Shown here piece after piece: positions 11,555 through 21,958 of a DNA stretch of 64,000 nucleotides. The DNA lies in assembly GCF_053078305.1 (NCBI RefSeq), contig NZ_CP166879.1, one strand, 5' to 3'. Each line of letters starts with the position of its first letter. Positions within the stretch are counted from its first letter, which is position 1. The position numbers and the translations under genes are program-made. A model generated the notes under the pieces. That model was given only the letters and a program-made list of their open reading frames with translations, was not told where the DNA came from and did not search any database.

Positions 11555-13489
11555 ATGTTTCAGGACAACCCGCTGCTAGCGCAGCTTAAACAGCAACTGC
11601 ATTCCCAGACGCCACGCGCTGAAGGGGTGGTAAAAGCCACAGAAAAAGGCTTTGGCTTCCTGGAAGTCGACGCGCAAAAAAGTTATTTCATTCCGCCGCC
11701 GCAGATGAAAAAAGTCATGCATGGCGACCGAATTATCGCGGTGATCCACAGTGAAAAAGAACGTGAATCCGCAGAGCCAGAAGAACTGGTTGAACCGTTC
11801 CTGACTCGTTTCGTGGGTAAAGTTCAGGGCAAAAATGACCGTCTGGCCATCGTTCCTGATCATCCACTCTTAAAAGACGCCATTCCTTGCCGCGCAGCCC
11901 GTGGCCTGAACCACGAGTTTAAAGAAGGCGACTGGGCGGTTGCCGAAATGCGCCGTCATCCGCTGAAAGGCGATCGTTCTTTCTATGCTGAACTGACACA
12001 ATACATCACTTTTGGTGACGACCACTTTGTACCGTGGTGGGTTACACTTGCGCGCCATAATCTGGAAAAAGAAGCACCAGACGGCGTCGCTACCGAAATG
12101 CTCGATGAAGGTCTGGTTCGTGAAGATCTGACCGCGCTGGATTTTGTCACCATCGACAGTGCCAGCACAGAAGATATGGATGACGCCCTTTTCGCTAAGG
12201 CGTTGCCGGATGACAAACTTCAGCTGATTGTGGCGATTGCCGATCCAACCGCGTGGATTGCTGAAGGCAGCAAGCTGGACAAAGCCGCGAAAATTCGCGC
12301 ATTCACCAACTATCTGCCTGGCTTCAACATCCCTATGCTTCCTCGCGAGCTTTCTGACGATCTCTGCTCACTGCGCGCCAATGAAGTCCGTCCGGTACTG
12401 GCATGCCGCATGACGCTCTCCGCTGATGGCACCATTGAAGATAATATCGAATTCTTTGCCGCCACCATCGAATCCAAAGCGAAGCTGGTGTATGACCAGG
12501 TTTCTGACTGGCTGGAAAATACCGGTGACTGGCAGCCTGAAAGTGAAGCAATTGCCGAACAAGTCCGTTTGCTAGCGCAAATTTGCCAACGACGCGGCGA
12601 GTGGCGTCATAACCACGCACTGGTGTTTAAAGATCGCCCGGATTACCGCTTTATTCTCGGTGAAAAAGGTGAAGTGCTGGATATCGTCGCCGAGCCTCGT
12701 CGCATTGCCAACCGTATCGTCGAAGAAGCGATGATCGCCGCTAATATTTGTGCGGCCCGCGTACTGCGCGATAAGCTCGGTTTTGGCATCTATAACGTGC
12801 ATATGGGCTTTGATCCGGCGAATGCCGACGCGCTGGCAGCGTTGCTGAAAACGCACGGTCTGCATGTCGATGCCGAAGAAGTGCTCACGCTGGACGGTTT
12901 CTGCAAACTGCGTCGTGAACTGGACGCGCAACCAACTGGTTTCCTCGACAGCCGCATTCGTCGCTTCCAGTCATTTGCTGAAATTAGCACTGAACCCGGT
13001 CCTCACTTTGGCCTCGGTCTGGAGGCATACGCCACCTGGACTTCGCCGATCCGTAAATATGGCGACATGATCAACCACCGTCTGCTGAAAGCGGTTATCA
13101 AAGGCGAAACTGCGACGCGTCCACAGGATGAAATCACTGTCCAAATGGCCGAGCGTCGCCGTCTCAACCGGATGGCAGAACGTGATGTTGGTGACTGGTT
13201 ATACGCACGCTTCCTGAAAGACAAAGCCGGGACCGACACCCGTTTCGCAGCGGAAATTGTCGATATCAGCCGTGGCGGCATGCGTGTTCGTTTGGTTGAT
13301 AACGGCGCTATCGCCTTTATTCCGGCACCTTTCTTACACGCTGTGCGCGATGAACTGGTTTGCAGCCAGGAAAACGGCACCGTACAAATTAAAGGTGAAA
13401 CGGTTTATAAAGTAACTGACGTTATTGACGTCACCATTGCCGAAGTCCGCATGGAAACCCGCAGCATTATTGCGCGCCCGGTCGCGTAA
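11555..13489 (+). CDS. rnb: Exoribonuclease II
   Basis: 644 aa; N-terminal cold-shock/S1 region, RNB catalytic domain, C-terminal S1; sequence recognised as E. coli RNase II. Confidence 0.95.
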
Positions 13490-13498
13490 TCTCCTTTC

Positions 13499-13535
13499 AC
13501 GGCCCATTCCTTATGAATGGGCCGTTTATTTCCCC
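13499..13535 (+). terminator. rnb intrinsic terminator
   Basis: ggcccattc-cttatg-gaatgggcc hairpin followed by gtttattt. Confidence 0.5.
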
Positions 13536-13723
13536 GCTCTACCTTCATCATATCCCGGCAGTTTTTTAACTGACTTTCGTTTGAAAACTGGCGTTTTTCC
13601 AAAACTAGATTACAAATAAATATATAAAAAAAACAATGTGTTTAGCCGCCGTTAATTTCATGTAAGTCATGTTGTTCCTTTTATTTAACCGCGGACTCCG
13701 CTGTTAACCGGAGGATATGCATC

Positions 13724-15709
13724 ATGAAAACCGTTAGGGAGTCCACAACGTTGTACAACTTTCTCGGATCGCACAATCCATACTGGCGGTTGACGGAAAG
13801 CAGCGATGTTTTGCGCTTTTCTACCACCGAAACCACAGAACCTGAACGTACGTTGCAGTTATCTGCCGAACAGGCTGCTCGCATCAGGGAAATGACGGTC
13901 ATCACCTCCAGCCTGATGATGAGTCTGACCGTCGATGAGAGCGATCTTTCTGTGCATCTGGTAGGACGAAAAATCAATAAACGGGAATGGGCTGGCAACG
14001 CGTCTGCATGGCATGACACACCAGCAGTTGCTCGTGATTTATCACACGGACTTTCCTTTGCTGAGCAGGTAGTTTCTGAAGCACATTCCGCAATAGTGAT
14101 TCTCGACAGCCGGGGGAATATCCAACGCTTCAATCGGTTATGTGAAGATTACACAGGGTTGAACGAACACGACGTCATTGGCCAAAGCGTGTTTAAACTG
14201 TTTATGAGCCGTCGTGAAGCTGCGGCATCCAGGCGCAATAACCGTGTATTTTTTCGAAGCGGCAATGCATATGAAGTCGAACTGTGGATACCAACACGTA
14301 AAGGCCAGCGGCTGTTTCTGTTTCGCAATAAATTTGTCCACAGCGGCAGTGGCAAAAACGAGATTTTTTTAATCTGTTCCGGCACCGACATTACCGAAGA
14401 GCGCCGCGCTCAGGAACGACTGCGTATTCTGGCAAATACCGACAGTATCACCGGACTGCCGAATCGTAACGCAATGCAGGAGTTAATCGATCACGCTATT
14501 AACCAGGCAGATAACAATAAAGTTGGGGTCGTGTATCTTGATTTGGATAATTTTAAAAAGGTCAACGACGCCTATGGGCATTTGTTTGGTGACCAGTTAT
14601 TACGCGACGTGTCATTGGCTATTTTAAGCTGTCTCGAACATGACCAGGTGTTGGCGCGTCCAGGTGGCGATGAGTTTCTGGTACTGGCATCCAACACCTC
14701 ACAAAGCGCGCTGGAAGCAATGGCATCACGAATTTTGACCCGCTTACGGCTCCCCTTTCGCATTGGTTTAATTGAAGTTTATACCAGCTGTTCAGTAGGT
14801 ATTGCACTCTCTCCCGAACATGGTTCGGACAGCGCGGCTATTATTCGTCACGCCGACACAGCAATGTACACAGCAAAGGAAGGCGGACGAGGACAATTTT
14901 GCGTTTTTACCCCAGAAATGAATCAACGGGTATTTGAATATCTCTGGCTGGATACCAACTTGCGTAAAGCACTGGAAAACGATCAGTTGGTTATTCACTA
15001 TCAACCAAAAATCACCTGGCGTGGCGAAGTGCGCAGTCTGGAAGCACTAGTACGTTGGCAGTCACCTGAACGTGGGTTGATTCCACCGTTGGACTTCATT
15101 TCCTACGCAGAAGAGTCAGGGCTAATTGTGCCTTTAGGCCGTTGGGTGATTCTCGATGTCGTACGCCAGGTGGCGAAGTGGCGGGATAAAGGCATTAACC
15201 TGCGAGTGGCGGTAAACATTTCTGCACGTCAGCTCGCCGATCAAACCATTTTCACCGCCCTGAAACAGGTTCTCCAGGAACTCAATTTTGAATACTGCCC
15301 TATTGATGTTGAATTGACAGAGAGTTGTCTGATTGAGAATGATGAACTGGCACTGTCTGTTATTCAACAATTTAGCCAACTAGGTGCGCAAGTGCATCTG
15401 GATGATTTTGGTACCGGCTACTCTTCACTTTCGCAACTGGCGCGCTTTCCGATCGATGCCATCAAACTTGACCAGGTTTTTGTTCGAGATATTCACAAAC
15501 AACCTGTCTCGCAGTCACTGGTTCGGGCAATCGTCGCTGTGGCCCAGGCATTGAATCTTCAGGTGATCGCCGAAGGTGTAGAGAGTGCAAAGGAAGATGC
15601 TTTTTTAACCAAGAATGGGATCAATGAGCGGCAAGGATTTTTGTTTGCCAAACCGATGCCCGCCGTCGCCTTCGAACGCTGGTATAAACGCTATCTGAAG
15701 CGCGCATAA
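13724..15709 (+). CDS. pdeR: Cyclic-di-GMP phosphodiesterase PdeR (YciR/Gmr), PAS-GGDEF-EAL
   Basis: 661 aa; degenerate GGDEF region (RPGGDEF) and EAL domain; K-12 synteny. Confidence 0.9.
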   Translation: MKTVRESTTLYNFLGSHNPYWRLTESSDVLRFSTTETTEPERTLQLSAEQAARIREMTVITSSLMMSLTVDESDLSVHLVGRKINKREWAGNASAWHDTPAVARDLSHGLSFAEQVVSEAHSAIVILDSRGNIQRFNRLCEDYTGLNEHDVIGQSVFKLFMSRREAAASRRNNRVFFRSGNAYEVELWIPTRKGQRLFLFRNKFVHSGSGKNEIFLICSGTDITEERRAQERLRILANTDSITGLPNRNAMQELIDHAINQADNNKVGVVYLDLDNFKKVNDAYGHLFGDQLLRDVSLAILSCLEHDQVLARPGGDEFLVLASNTSQSALEAMASRILTRLRLPFRIGLIEVYTSCSVGIALSPEHGSDSAAIIRHADTAMYTAKEGGRGQFCVFTPEMNQRVFEYLWLDTNLRKALENDQLVIHYQPKITWRGEVRSLEALVRWQSPERGLIPPLDFISYAEESGLIVPLGRWVILDVVRQVAKWRDKGINLRVAVNISARQLADQTIFTALKQVLQELNFEYCPIDVELTESCLIENDELALSVIQQFSQLGAQVHLDDFGTGYSSLSQLARFPIDAIKLDQVFVRDIHKQPVSQSLVRAIVAVAQALNLQVIAEGVESAKEDAFLTKNGINERQGFLFAKPMPAVAFERWYKRYLKRA

Positions 15710-15847
15710 GTAGATGAATATATATACTTAGCGCTATATTCCGTCATTATATATCGTATTCCCGGATGATAATTAGCCGTTGCTGTTAAACACTTCTCTT
15801 TTAGCGGCAATTTTTGCATTATTCATTTTCCCCCTTTTGCTATAAGG

Positions 15848-16030
15848 ATGTCCTTGATGTCTGAATTTGATGCCCAGCGCGTTGCCGAACGTATTGATAT
15901 TGTGTTAGATATCCTTGTGGCAGGCGATTACCACTCTGCGATCCATAATCTCGAGATACTTAAAGCAGAACTCTTGCGCCAGGTTGCTGAATCTACGCCA
16001 GACATCCCGAAGGCACCGTGGGAGATTTAA
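15848..16030 (+). CDS. yciZ: Small protein YciZ (UPF0509)
   Basis: 60-aa ORF (true start may be an internal Met); position between pdeR and yciT as in K-12. Confidence 0.55.
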
Positions 16031-16119
16031 CAATCGTGCCTTCAGGTTTTCCTATTTGAGGATGCCCGGCGCGTCAGTATTTTTTTATTTAGTATTATAA
16101 CGTTATAAGAATTACAGCG

Positions 16120-16869
16120 ATGAATTCCCGACAACAAACTATTCTACAGATGGTCATTGACCAGGGTCAGGTTAGCGTAACCGATCTGGCAAAAGCCACT
16201 GGAGTTTCTGAAGTTACCATTCGCCAGGATCTCAACACCCTCGAAAAACTGAGTTACCTCCGCCGTGCACATGGCTTTGCAGTTTCGCTTGATAGTGATG
16301 ACGTCGAAACCCGTATGATGAGCAACTATACGCTGAAGCGTGAACTCGCCGAGTTTGCCGCGTCACTGGTTCAACCGGGCGAAACCATCTTTATCGAAAA
16401 TGGCAGCAGCAATGCCCTGCTCGCCCGGACTCTGGGGGAGCAGAAGAAAAATGTCACTATCATCACGGTCAGCAGCTACATCGCGCATTTGCTGAAAGAC
16501 GCGCCTTGTGAAGTTATTTTGCTCGGTGGCGTGTACCAGAAAAAAAGCGAAAGTATGGTTGGCCCGTTGACACGCCAGTGCATCCAACAGGTACATTTCA
16601 GCAAAGCATTTATTGGTATTGATGGCTGGCAACCTGAAACTGGATTCACCGGTCGCGATATGATGCGTACCGATGTGGTGAATGCCGTGCTGGAAAAAGA
16701 GTGCGAAGCGATAGTCCTGACTGACAGCTCGAAATTTGGTGCTGTACATTCATACTCCATCGGTCCCGTTGAGCGATTCAATCGCGTGATTACCGATTCG
16801 AAAATACGCGCCAGCGATCTGATGCATCTTGAGCACAGTAAACTCACCGTTCACGTCGTTGACATTTAA
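16120..16869 (+). CDS. yciT: DeoR-family transcriptional regulator YciT
   Basis: 249 aa; N-terminal DeoR HTH ([21 protein letters not shown]) and sugar-phosphate-binding C-domain. Confidence 0.85.
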   Translation: MNSRQQTILQMVIDQGQVSVTDLAKATGVSEVTIRQDLNTLEKLSYLRRAHGFAVSLDSDDVETRMMSNYTLKRELAEFAASLVQPGETIFIENGSSNALLARTLGEQKKNVTIITVSSYIAHLLKDAPCEVILLGGVYQKKSESMVGPLTRQCIQQVHFSKAFIGIDGWQPETGFTGRDMMRTDVVNAVLEKECEAIVLTDSSKFGAVHSYSIGPVERFNRVITDSKIRASDLMHLEHSKLTVHVVDI

Positions 16870-17137
16870 CCATTTCCCTTCTCTACGGATGATTTGCAGT
16901 TTGACAAATCATCCGCTCTAAGATGATTCCTGGTTGATAATTAAGACTATTTACCTGTTATTAACACTCTCAAGATATAAAATTATTATCAGCGATATAA
17001 CAGGAAGTCATTATCACCTGCGTGATATAACCCTGCGCGCGAGCGGATTTCACGGAATAATTTCACCAGGCTTATTCTTAGCTATTATAGTTATAGAGAG
17101 CTTACTTCCGTGAATCATAAATTCAGGAGAGAGTATT

Positions 17138-17356
17138 ATGTTTGTAACGAGCAAAAAAATGACCGCGGCTGTTCTGGCAATTACCCTGGCAATGTCTCTG
17201 AGTGCCTGTTCTAACTGGTCTAAACGGGACCGCAACACCGCAATCGGCGCGGGTGCAGGGGCATTAGGCGGTGCAGTACTGACCGATGGCAGTACGTTGG
17301 GTACATTAGGTGGCGCAGCTGTCGGTGGTGTTATTGGTCACCAGGTCGGTAAATAA
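17138..17356 (+). CDS. osmB: Osmotically inducible lipoprotein OsmB
   Basis: 72 aa; lipobox LSAC; glycine-rich GxxxG repeats. Confidence 0.9.
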   Translation: MFVTSKKMTAAVLAITLAMSLSACSNWSKRDRNTAIGAGAGALGGAVLTDGSTLGTLGGAAVGGVIGHQVGK

Positions 17357-17453
17357 TCGTAAATAAATGTCGATTATCGACTCGTAATTATAATACGCTT
17401 GATTCTGTTCAGTACGAAATAACTGAATAATACACACAGTAAAATATTCGAAA

Positions 17454-17480
17454 GCCACGGATATATCCGTGGCTTTTTAT
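17454..17480. terminator. Bidirectional terminator between osmB and yciH
   Basis: gccacggatatatccgtggc hairpin followed by ttttta; sits between convergent genes. Confidence 0.55.
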
Positions 17481-17481
17481 G

Positions 17482-17811
17482 TTAACCGCCTGCGAGTTTT
17501 ACCTTCATCCCTTTCGCTTCAAGTAGTGATTTTAATAAATCACGCTTATCGCCCTGGATTTCAATAACTCCATCTTTAACTGCTCCGCCGCAGCCGCATT
17601 TTTTCTTCAGTTCCGCTGCAAGTTTTGTCAGTTCGGCATCATCGAGATCGATACCGGTAATCAGGCAAACGCCCTTACCTTTACGTCCACTGGTCTGACG
17701 CTGAATACGCACCACACCATCGCCTTTAGAGCGTACTGGGGCCGCTTTGGGCTCATCAATACGCCCGGTTTCTGTTGAGTAGACCAGACGGCTGTTGGAA
17801 TCACTCATCAT
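17482..17811 (-). CDS. yciH: SUI1/eIF1-family translation initiation factor homologue YciH
   Basis: 109 aa; SUI1 fold signature; overlaps pyrF stop by 4 bp as in K-12. Confidence 0.85.
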   Translation of the reverse strand: MMSDSNSRLVYSTETGRIDEPKAAPVRSKGDGVVRIQRQTSGRKGKGVCLITGIDLDDAELTKLAAELKKKCGCGGAVKDGVIEIQGDKRDLLKSLLEAKGMKVKLAGG

Positions 17812-18545
17812 GCACTCCGCTGTAAAGAGGCGTTGATCGCTTTCAGCGTCTGCGCTGGATCTACCGATTGCGTTACCGGGCGACCAATCACCATATAATC
17901 AACACCAGCCGCCAACGCCTGTTCTGGCGTCATAATGCGGCGCTGGTCACCAGCTTCACTCCCCTGCGGACGAATGCCCGGCGTAACCAGTTTGAACTCC
18001 TGACCGAATACCTGTTTAAAGCGCACAGCTTCCTGAGCAGAACACACCACACCATCAAGGCCACATTTTTGCGTCAGTGCTGCCAGACGTTCTGCATAAT
18101 CTGCAGGTGACAGTGTCACGCCAAGATCGGCCAGGTCGCTGACTTCCATGCTGGTCAACACTGTCACAGCAATCAAAAGCGGTGCATCTTTGCCAAACGG
18201 AACCAGTGCCTCACGCGCTGCGGTCATCATACGCGCCCCACCAGAGGCATGAACATTCACCATCCACACGCCTAAGTCAGCTGCAGCAGCGACAGCGTGC
18301 GCTGCAGTGTTGGGGATATCGTGGAATTTCAGGTCAAGAAAGATATCAAAACCACGCTGTTGAAGTTCGCGCACAAACTGTGGCCCAAACAATGTAAACA
18401 TCTCTTTGCCGACCTTCAGACGACAATCGCGTGGGTCGATCTTGTCGACAAAGGCCAGCGCGGCATCACGATTATGATAATCAAGGGCAACAACCACAGG
18501 AGAATTCGTAACAGCGCGGGAAGAAGATGAAGCAGTTAACGTCAT
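17808..18545 (-). CDS. pyrF: Orotidine-5'-phosphate decarboxylase
   Basis: ORF 17808..18605; likely start at [12 protein letters not shown] giving the 245-aa PyrF; conserved lysine in [10 protein letters not shown]. Confidence 0.9.
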   Translation of the reverse strand: MTLTASSSSRAVTNSPVVVALDYHNRDAALAFVDKIDPRDCRLKVGKEMFTLFGPQFVRELQQRGFDIFLDLKFHDIPNTAAHAVAAAADLGVWMVNVHASGGARMMTAAREALVPFGKDAPLLIAVTVLTSMEVSDLADLGVTLSPADYAERLAALTQKCGLDGVVCSAQEAVRFKQVFGQEFKLVTPGIRPQGSEAGDQRRIMTPEQALAAGVDYMVIGRPVTQSVDPAQTLKAINASLQRSA

Positions 18546-18737
18546 GACCAGACCTTCTTGATGATGGGCACCGGAAGTGGCGCGAAACAGGTAAACGGCG
18601 AGCATTCTACCCGTGGAAATAAAAAATTAACAGTTGCGATTTCTCCCCTGGCAGGCTTTTTCTGCGCCGCCGTTGCCGGAGCACAATGGGACATAAATAA
18701 CTAGTATGTTGTAACTAAAGTCGGTTTTTTTAAAAAA

Positions 18738-19907
18738 TTACAGGCCATCAAGACCGCGAATCGGTTTAATAGTTGACCAGGCACGACAAGACGGACAATG
18801 CCAGTAGAGGGTGTATGCGGTAAAACCACATTTCTGGCAGCGATAACGAGGCTTACTACGTACCTTCTCGCCAACCATGTCACGCAGCACCATCAGGCTC
18901 TCTTTGGCACGCCCTTCTTCCGCTTCATTTAAGTGGTAATCCATTAACTTATGGAACACACGCATGGTCGGATGACGCTGAAGCTGGCGCGTAATATAGA
19001 CCTGTGCGGCCTCACTACCGTCGCGCGCTTCGATGATATCAGCAAGCATCAATTCAGCATCGGCACCGGTGTTCTCTTCCACCGCGCGCTGCAGGAATTC
19101 TGCCCATTCGGCAGTTTTACCCAACTGCTGATAGCAGGTTTGCAGCATTTCCAGCGTTTCGCTGACCAGTTCTCTGTCCTGGGATATCACGCGTTGCAAA
19201 CTTTCGACGGCTTTGGCGTATTCTCCTTTCGCCATAAACACGCGTCCCATCATGATGGATACGCGGGCGCTGTTTTTATCTGCCGCCGCCCCTTTTTTTA
19301 GCAAGGTCATGGCACGATCGAGATCGTCGCTGGCCATATGCTGCAGGGCTAACTCACAGTAGAAATGGGCAATTTCGACGCGCTGTTTATCTTTACCCAG
19401 CTTCACCAGGCGTTCGGCAACATCAATTGCTTTCTGCCACTCACTGGTAGCCTGGTAGATTTGTAGCAACTGTTGCAGCGCGCCAATGCGGAAGTCAGTT
19501 TCATCGGTCAGCTGATTGAACATGTCTTCCGCGCGGTCATATAACCCGGCGGCCATGTAATCACGCCCCAGTTGTTGAATCGCCAACAGACGCTGTTCAT
19601 AGGTCAGCGAGGCGCTTTCCATTAGGGTCTGATGGATGCGAATAGCGCGATCAACTTCGCCACGCGAACGGAACAGGTTTCCGAGCGTAAGGTGGGCTTC
19701 AACGGTGCCTGTATCCTCTTTAAGCATATCGAGAAACAGGTCTACCGCTTTATCCTGTTGATTACTAAGCAGGAAGTTAACCCCCGCTACGTAATCACGC
19801 GACAAGCGGTTGGCTTCATCTTGCTTGTTTTGTTGCGCACTTCTGCGGCCCATATACCAGCCATAGGCAGCGGCTACAGGCAAAAGCAGAAACAACAACT
19901 CCAGCAT
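18738..19907 (-). CDS. lapB: LPS assembly protein LapB (YciM), TPR repeats plus C-terminal rubredoxin-like zinc finger
   Basis: 389 aa; N-terminal TM, TPR repeats, C-terminal CQKCGF...CPSC. Confidence 0.9.
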   Translation of the reverse strand: MLELLFLLLPVAAAYGWYMGRRSAQQNKQDEANRLSRDYVAGVNFLLSNQQDKAVDLFLDMLKEDTGTVEAHLTLGNLFRSRGEVDRAIRIHQTLMESASLTYEQRLLAIQQLGRDYMAAGLYDRAEDMFNQLTDETDFRIGALQQLLQIYQATSEWQKAIDVAERLVKLGKDKQRVEIAHFYCELALQHMASDDLDRAMTLLKKGAAADKNSARVSIMMGRVFMAKGEYAKAVESLQRVISQDRELVSETLEMLQTCYQQLGKTAEWAEFLQRAVEENTGADAELMLADIIEARDGSEAAQVYITRQLQRHPTMRVFHKLMDYHLNEAEEGRAKESLMVLRDMVGEKVRSKPRYRCQKCGFTAYTLYWHCPSCRAWSTIKPIRGLDGL

Positions 19908-19913
19908 AGAAAG

Positions 19914-20222
19914 TTATTCCTTCGCCGCTGACGAGTGCTGCACTACAGCCACGTCAGTCGCGGGTGAAAGCTGGTTTTCCAGTCGCTTTATTTTACGTTC
20001 AGCGCGCACCAGGGAAACACGAACTCGCAGCCAGAACAGGCCACAAATCAACCAACCGATAGCAAAACCCGCAGCAAACAATACCGCCAGCAATGTGGAA
20101 ATACGGTACTCCCCTTGCGCTAACAGATAATTAAACGTCACCTGTTGATCGTTCTGCGCACCCAACGTGACCGAAATCACGAAGATCGCTAACACCAGTA
20201 AGAAAATGAGTAAATATTTCAC
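19914..20222 (-). CDS. lapA: LPS assembly protein LapA (YciS)
   Basis: 102 aa; two TM segments; immediately upstream of lapB. Confidence 0.85.
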   Translation of the reverse strand: MKYLLIFLLVLAIFVISVTLGAQNDQQVTFNYLLAQGEYRISTLLAVLFAAGFAIGWLICGLFWLRVRVSLVRAERKIKRLENQLSPATDVAVVQHSSAAKE

Positions 20223-20370
20223 ATTACTTCCCGTTATGTGGTTAGAGCGAATAAATTATGGTCAACTTACCGCAATAGCCCTTTAAAGTACCATTTTCGC
20301 GCCGTCTGCGAAATGGCATCCACGCGCATTGTTGATGATTTAAGGGCTAAATTCGGAAAATCAACCAGCG

Positions 20371-21135
20371 TTAACTTTCTTGTTCTCGTTGCGCTATTTC
20401 GCGATTTTCTTCCGCTGGTGGTGTTAATGGCCCACAAATTCGTTGCGCAAGCCACGTTGCCACCGCCACCAGCGCCCACGAAATCAACGTAGCTACTACC
20501 AGATCGCGTGGCCAATGCATCCCGAGCAGCAGGCGGCTTCCCATGACTCCAGTTGCCCAGACCAACAAGATAGCAATGGTTAACGTTCGCCGACGCGGCC
20601 ACAGCAAACCAACAGCCAGCAGTGCCCAACTGGCAGCAAACATCGTGTGACCGGAAGGAAAGGCAAACCCCGTCTCTTTCTGCCAGTGTGAACGCAAATA
20701 TTGTGGGATATTTTTCTCTTCAGCCAACTGTTCTTTCACTAGATTTCCGCGTTCTGCTCGCTTTAAAGTGTAGAACTCATCAACCGGAATATGATGTGTT
20801 TTTTCCAGCCAGATAACAAAAGGTCGTGGTTCCTGGACTTTGTCTTTGATCCAGGATTTAACGCCTTGTCCCACAAGGATTGCGGCCGCCAGAATGGCAA
20901 ATAATACAAAGGCAGCCTTAATGCGAAAACGCAGACACCAGAGAAACCAGCCGAATAAAATCAAATGTGTAATGACGCCCCAGGGCTGGGTGACAGTTTC
21001 AGTAACCCAAAAAGCCGCTTTTAGTAGCCAACTTTGTTCTCCAGGTTGCCAACGCCAGCCAGAAATCCATACGGCTACTGGCATAACAAGCAATAGTGCA
21101 GCTCCCACTGCGGTACGTCTGGCAATCGAACGCAT
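20371..21135 (-). CDS. pgpB: Phosphatidylglycerophosphatase B (PAP2 family)
   Basis: 254 aa; membrane protein with PAP2 motifs (PSGH, SR...H). Confidence 0.9.
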   Translation of the reverse strand: MRSIARRTAVGAALLLVMPVAVWISGWRWQPGEQSWLLKAAFWVTETVTQPWGVITHLILFGWFLWCLRFRIKAAFVLFAILAAAILVGQGVKSWIKDKVQEPRPFVIWLEKTHHIPVDEFYTLKRAERGNLVKEQLAEEKNIPQYLRSHWQKETGFAFPSGHTMFAASWALLAVGLLWPRRRTLTIAILLVWATGVMGSRLLLGMHWPRDLVVATLISWALVAVATWLAQRICGPLTPPAEENREIAQREQES

Positions 21136-21304
21136 GGCCTCTCCTTTTTGATAAGTCCCACAATCATAACTGAAAATGCCAGTTCCAGGAAAAATTGACA
21201 GATTTGTGCCATTCCGTGAACGATCGACGCGTCGTGATTAGGTGAACCCCTTCTCGTTATGGCAAAATAAGCCAATACAGAACCAGCATTATCTGGAGAA
21301 TTTC

Positions 21305-21895
21305 ATGCAGCTTAAACGTGTGGCAGAAGCCAAACTGCCAACCCCATGGGGCGATTTCCTGATGGTGGGATTTGAAGAACTGGCAACCGGACACGATCAT
21401 GTCGCGCTAGTCTATGGCGATATTTCCGGGCATACCCCGGTACTTGCGCGCGTCCATTCCGAATGTCTGACCGGTGACGCCCTGTTCAGCTTGCGCTGCG
21501 ATTGTGGCTTCCAGCTCGAAGCGGCATTGACGCAAATTGCCGAGGAAGGCCGTGGTATTTTGCTGTATCACCGTCAGGAAGGTCGTAACATTGGTCTGCT
21601 GAATAAAATCCGCGCTTACGCACTGCAGGATCAAGGTTACGATACTGTAGAGGCTAACCACCAGTTAGGCTTCGCCGCTGATGAGCGCGACTTCACTCTT
21701 TGCGCTGATATGTTCAAACTCCTTGGCGTCAATGAAGTCCGCTTGTTAACCAATAACCCGAAAAAAGTCGAAATTCTGACCGAAGCGGGGATTAATATTG
21801 TTGAACGCGTACCATTGATTGTAGGTCGTAACCCCAATAACGAACATTATCTCGATACTAAAGCCGAGAAAATGGGTCATTTGCTGAACAAATAA
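21305..21895 (+). CDS. ribA: GTP cyclohydrolase II
   Basis: ORF 21242..21895; likely start at MQLKRVAE giving 196 aa; zinc-binding CxxC..C motif ([18 protein letters not shown]). Confidence 0.9.
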
Positions 21896-21917
21896 CCCTC
21901 TTGCATTGTGGAATTAA

Positions 21918-21953
21918 TTTGCTTGCCGGAAGCAAAATAACCGGCAAGCAAAT
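21918..21953. terminator. Bidirectional terminator between ribA and acnA
   Basis: tttgcttgccgg-aagcaaaataa-ccggcaagcaaa hairpin between convergent genes. Confidence 0.5.
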
Positions 21954-21958
21954 ACTTG

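Noticed and set aside
11576-13380. Several 60-125-aa ORFs on the minus strand inside rnb
   Set aside because: All lie within the well-supported rnb CDS and lack start context; likely spurious.
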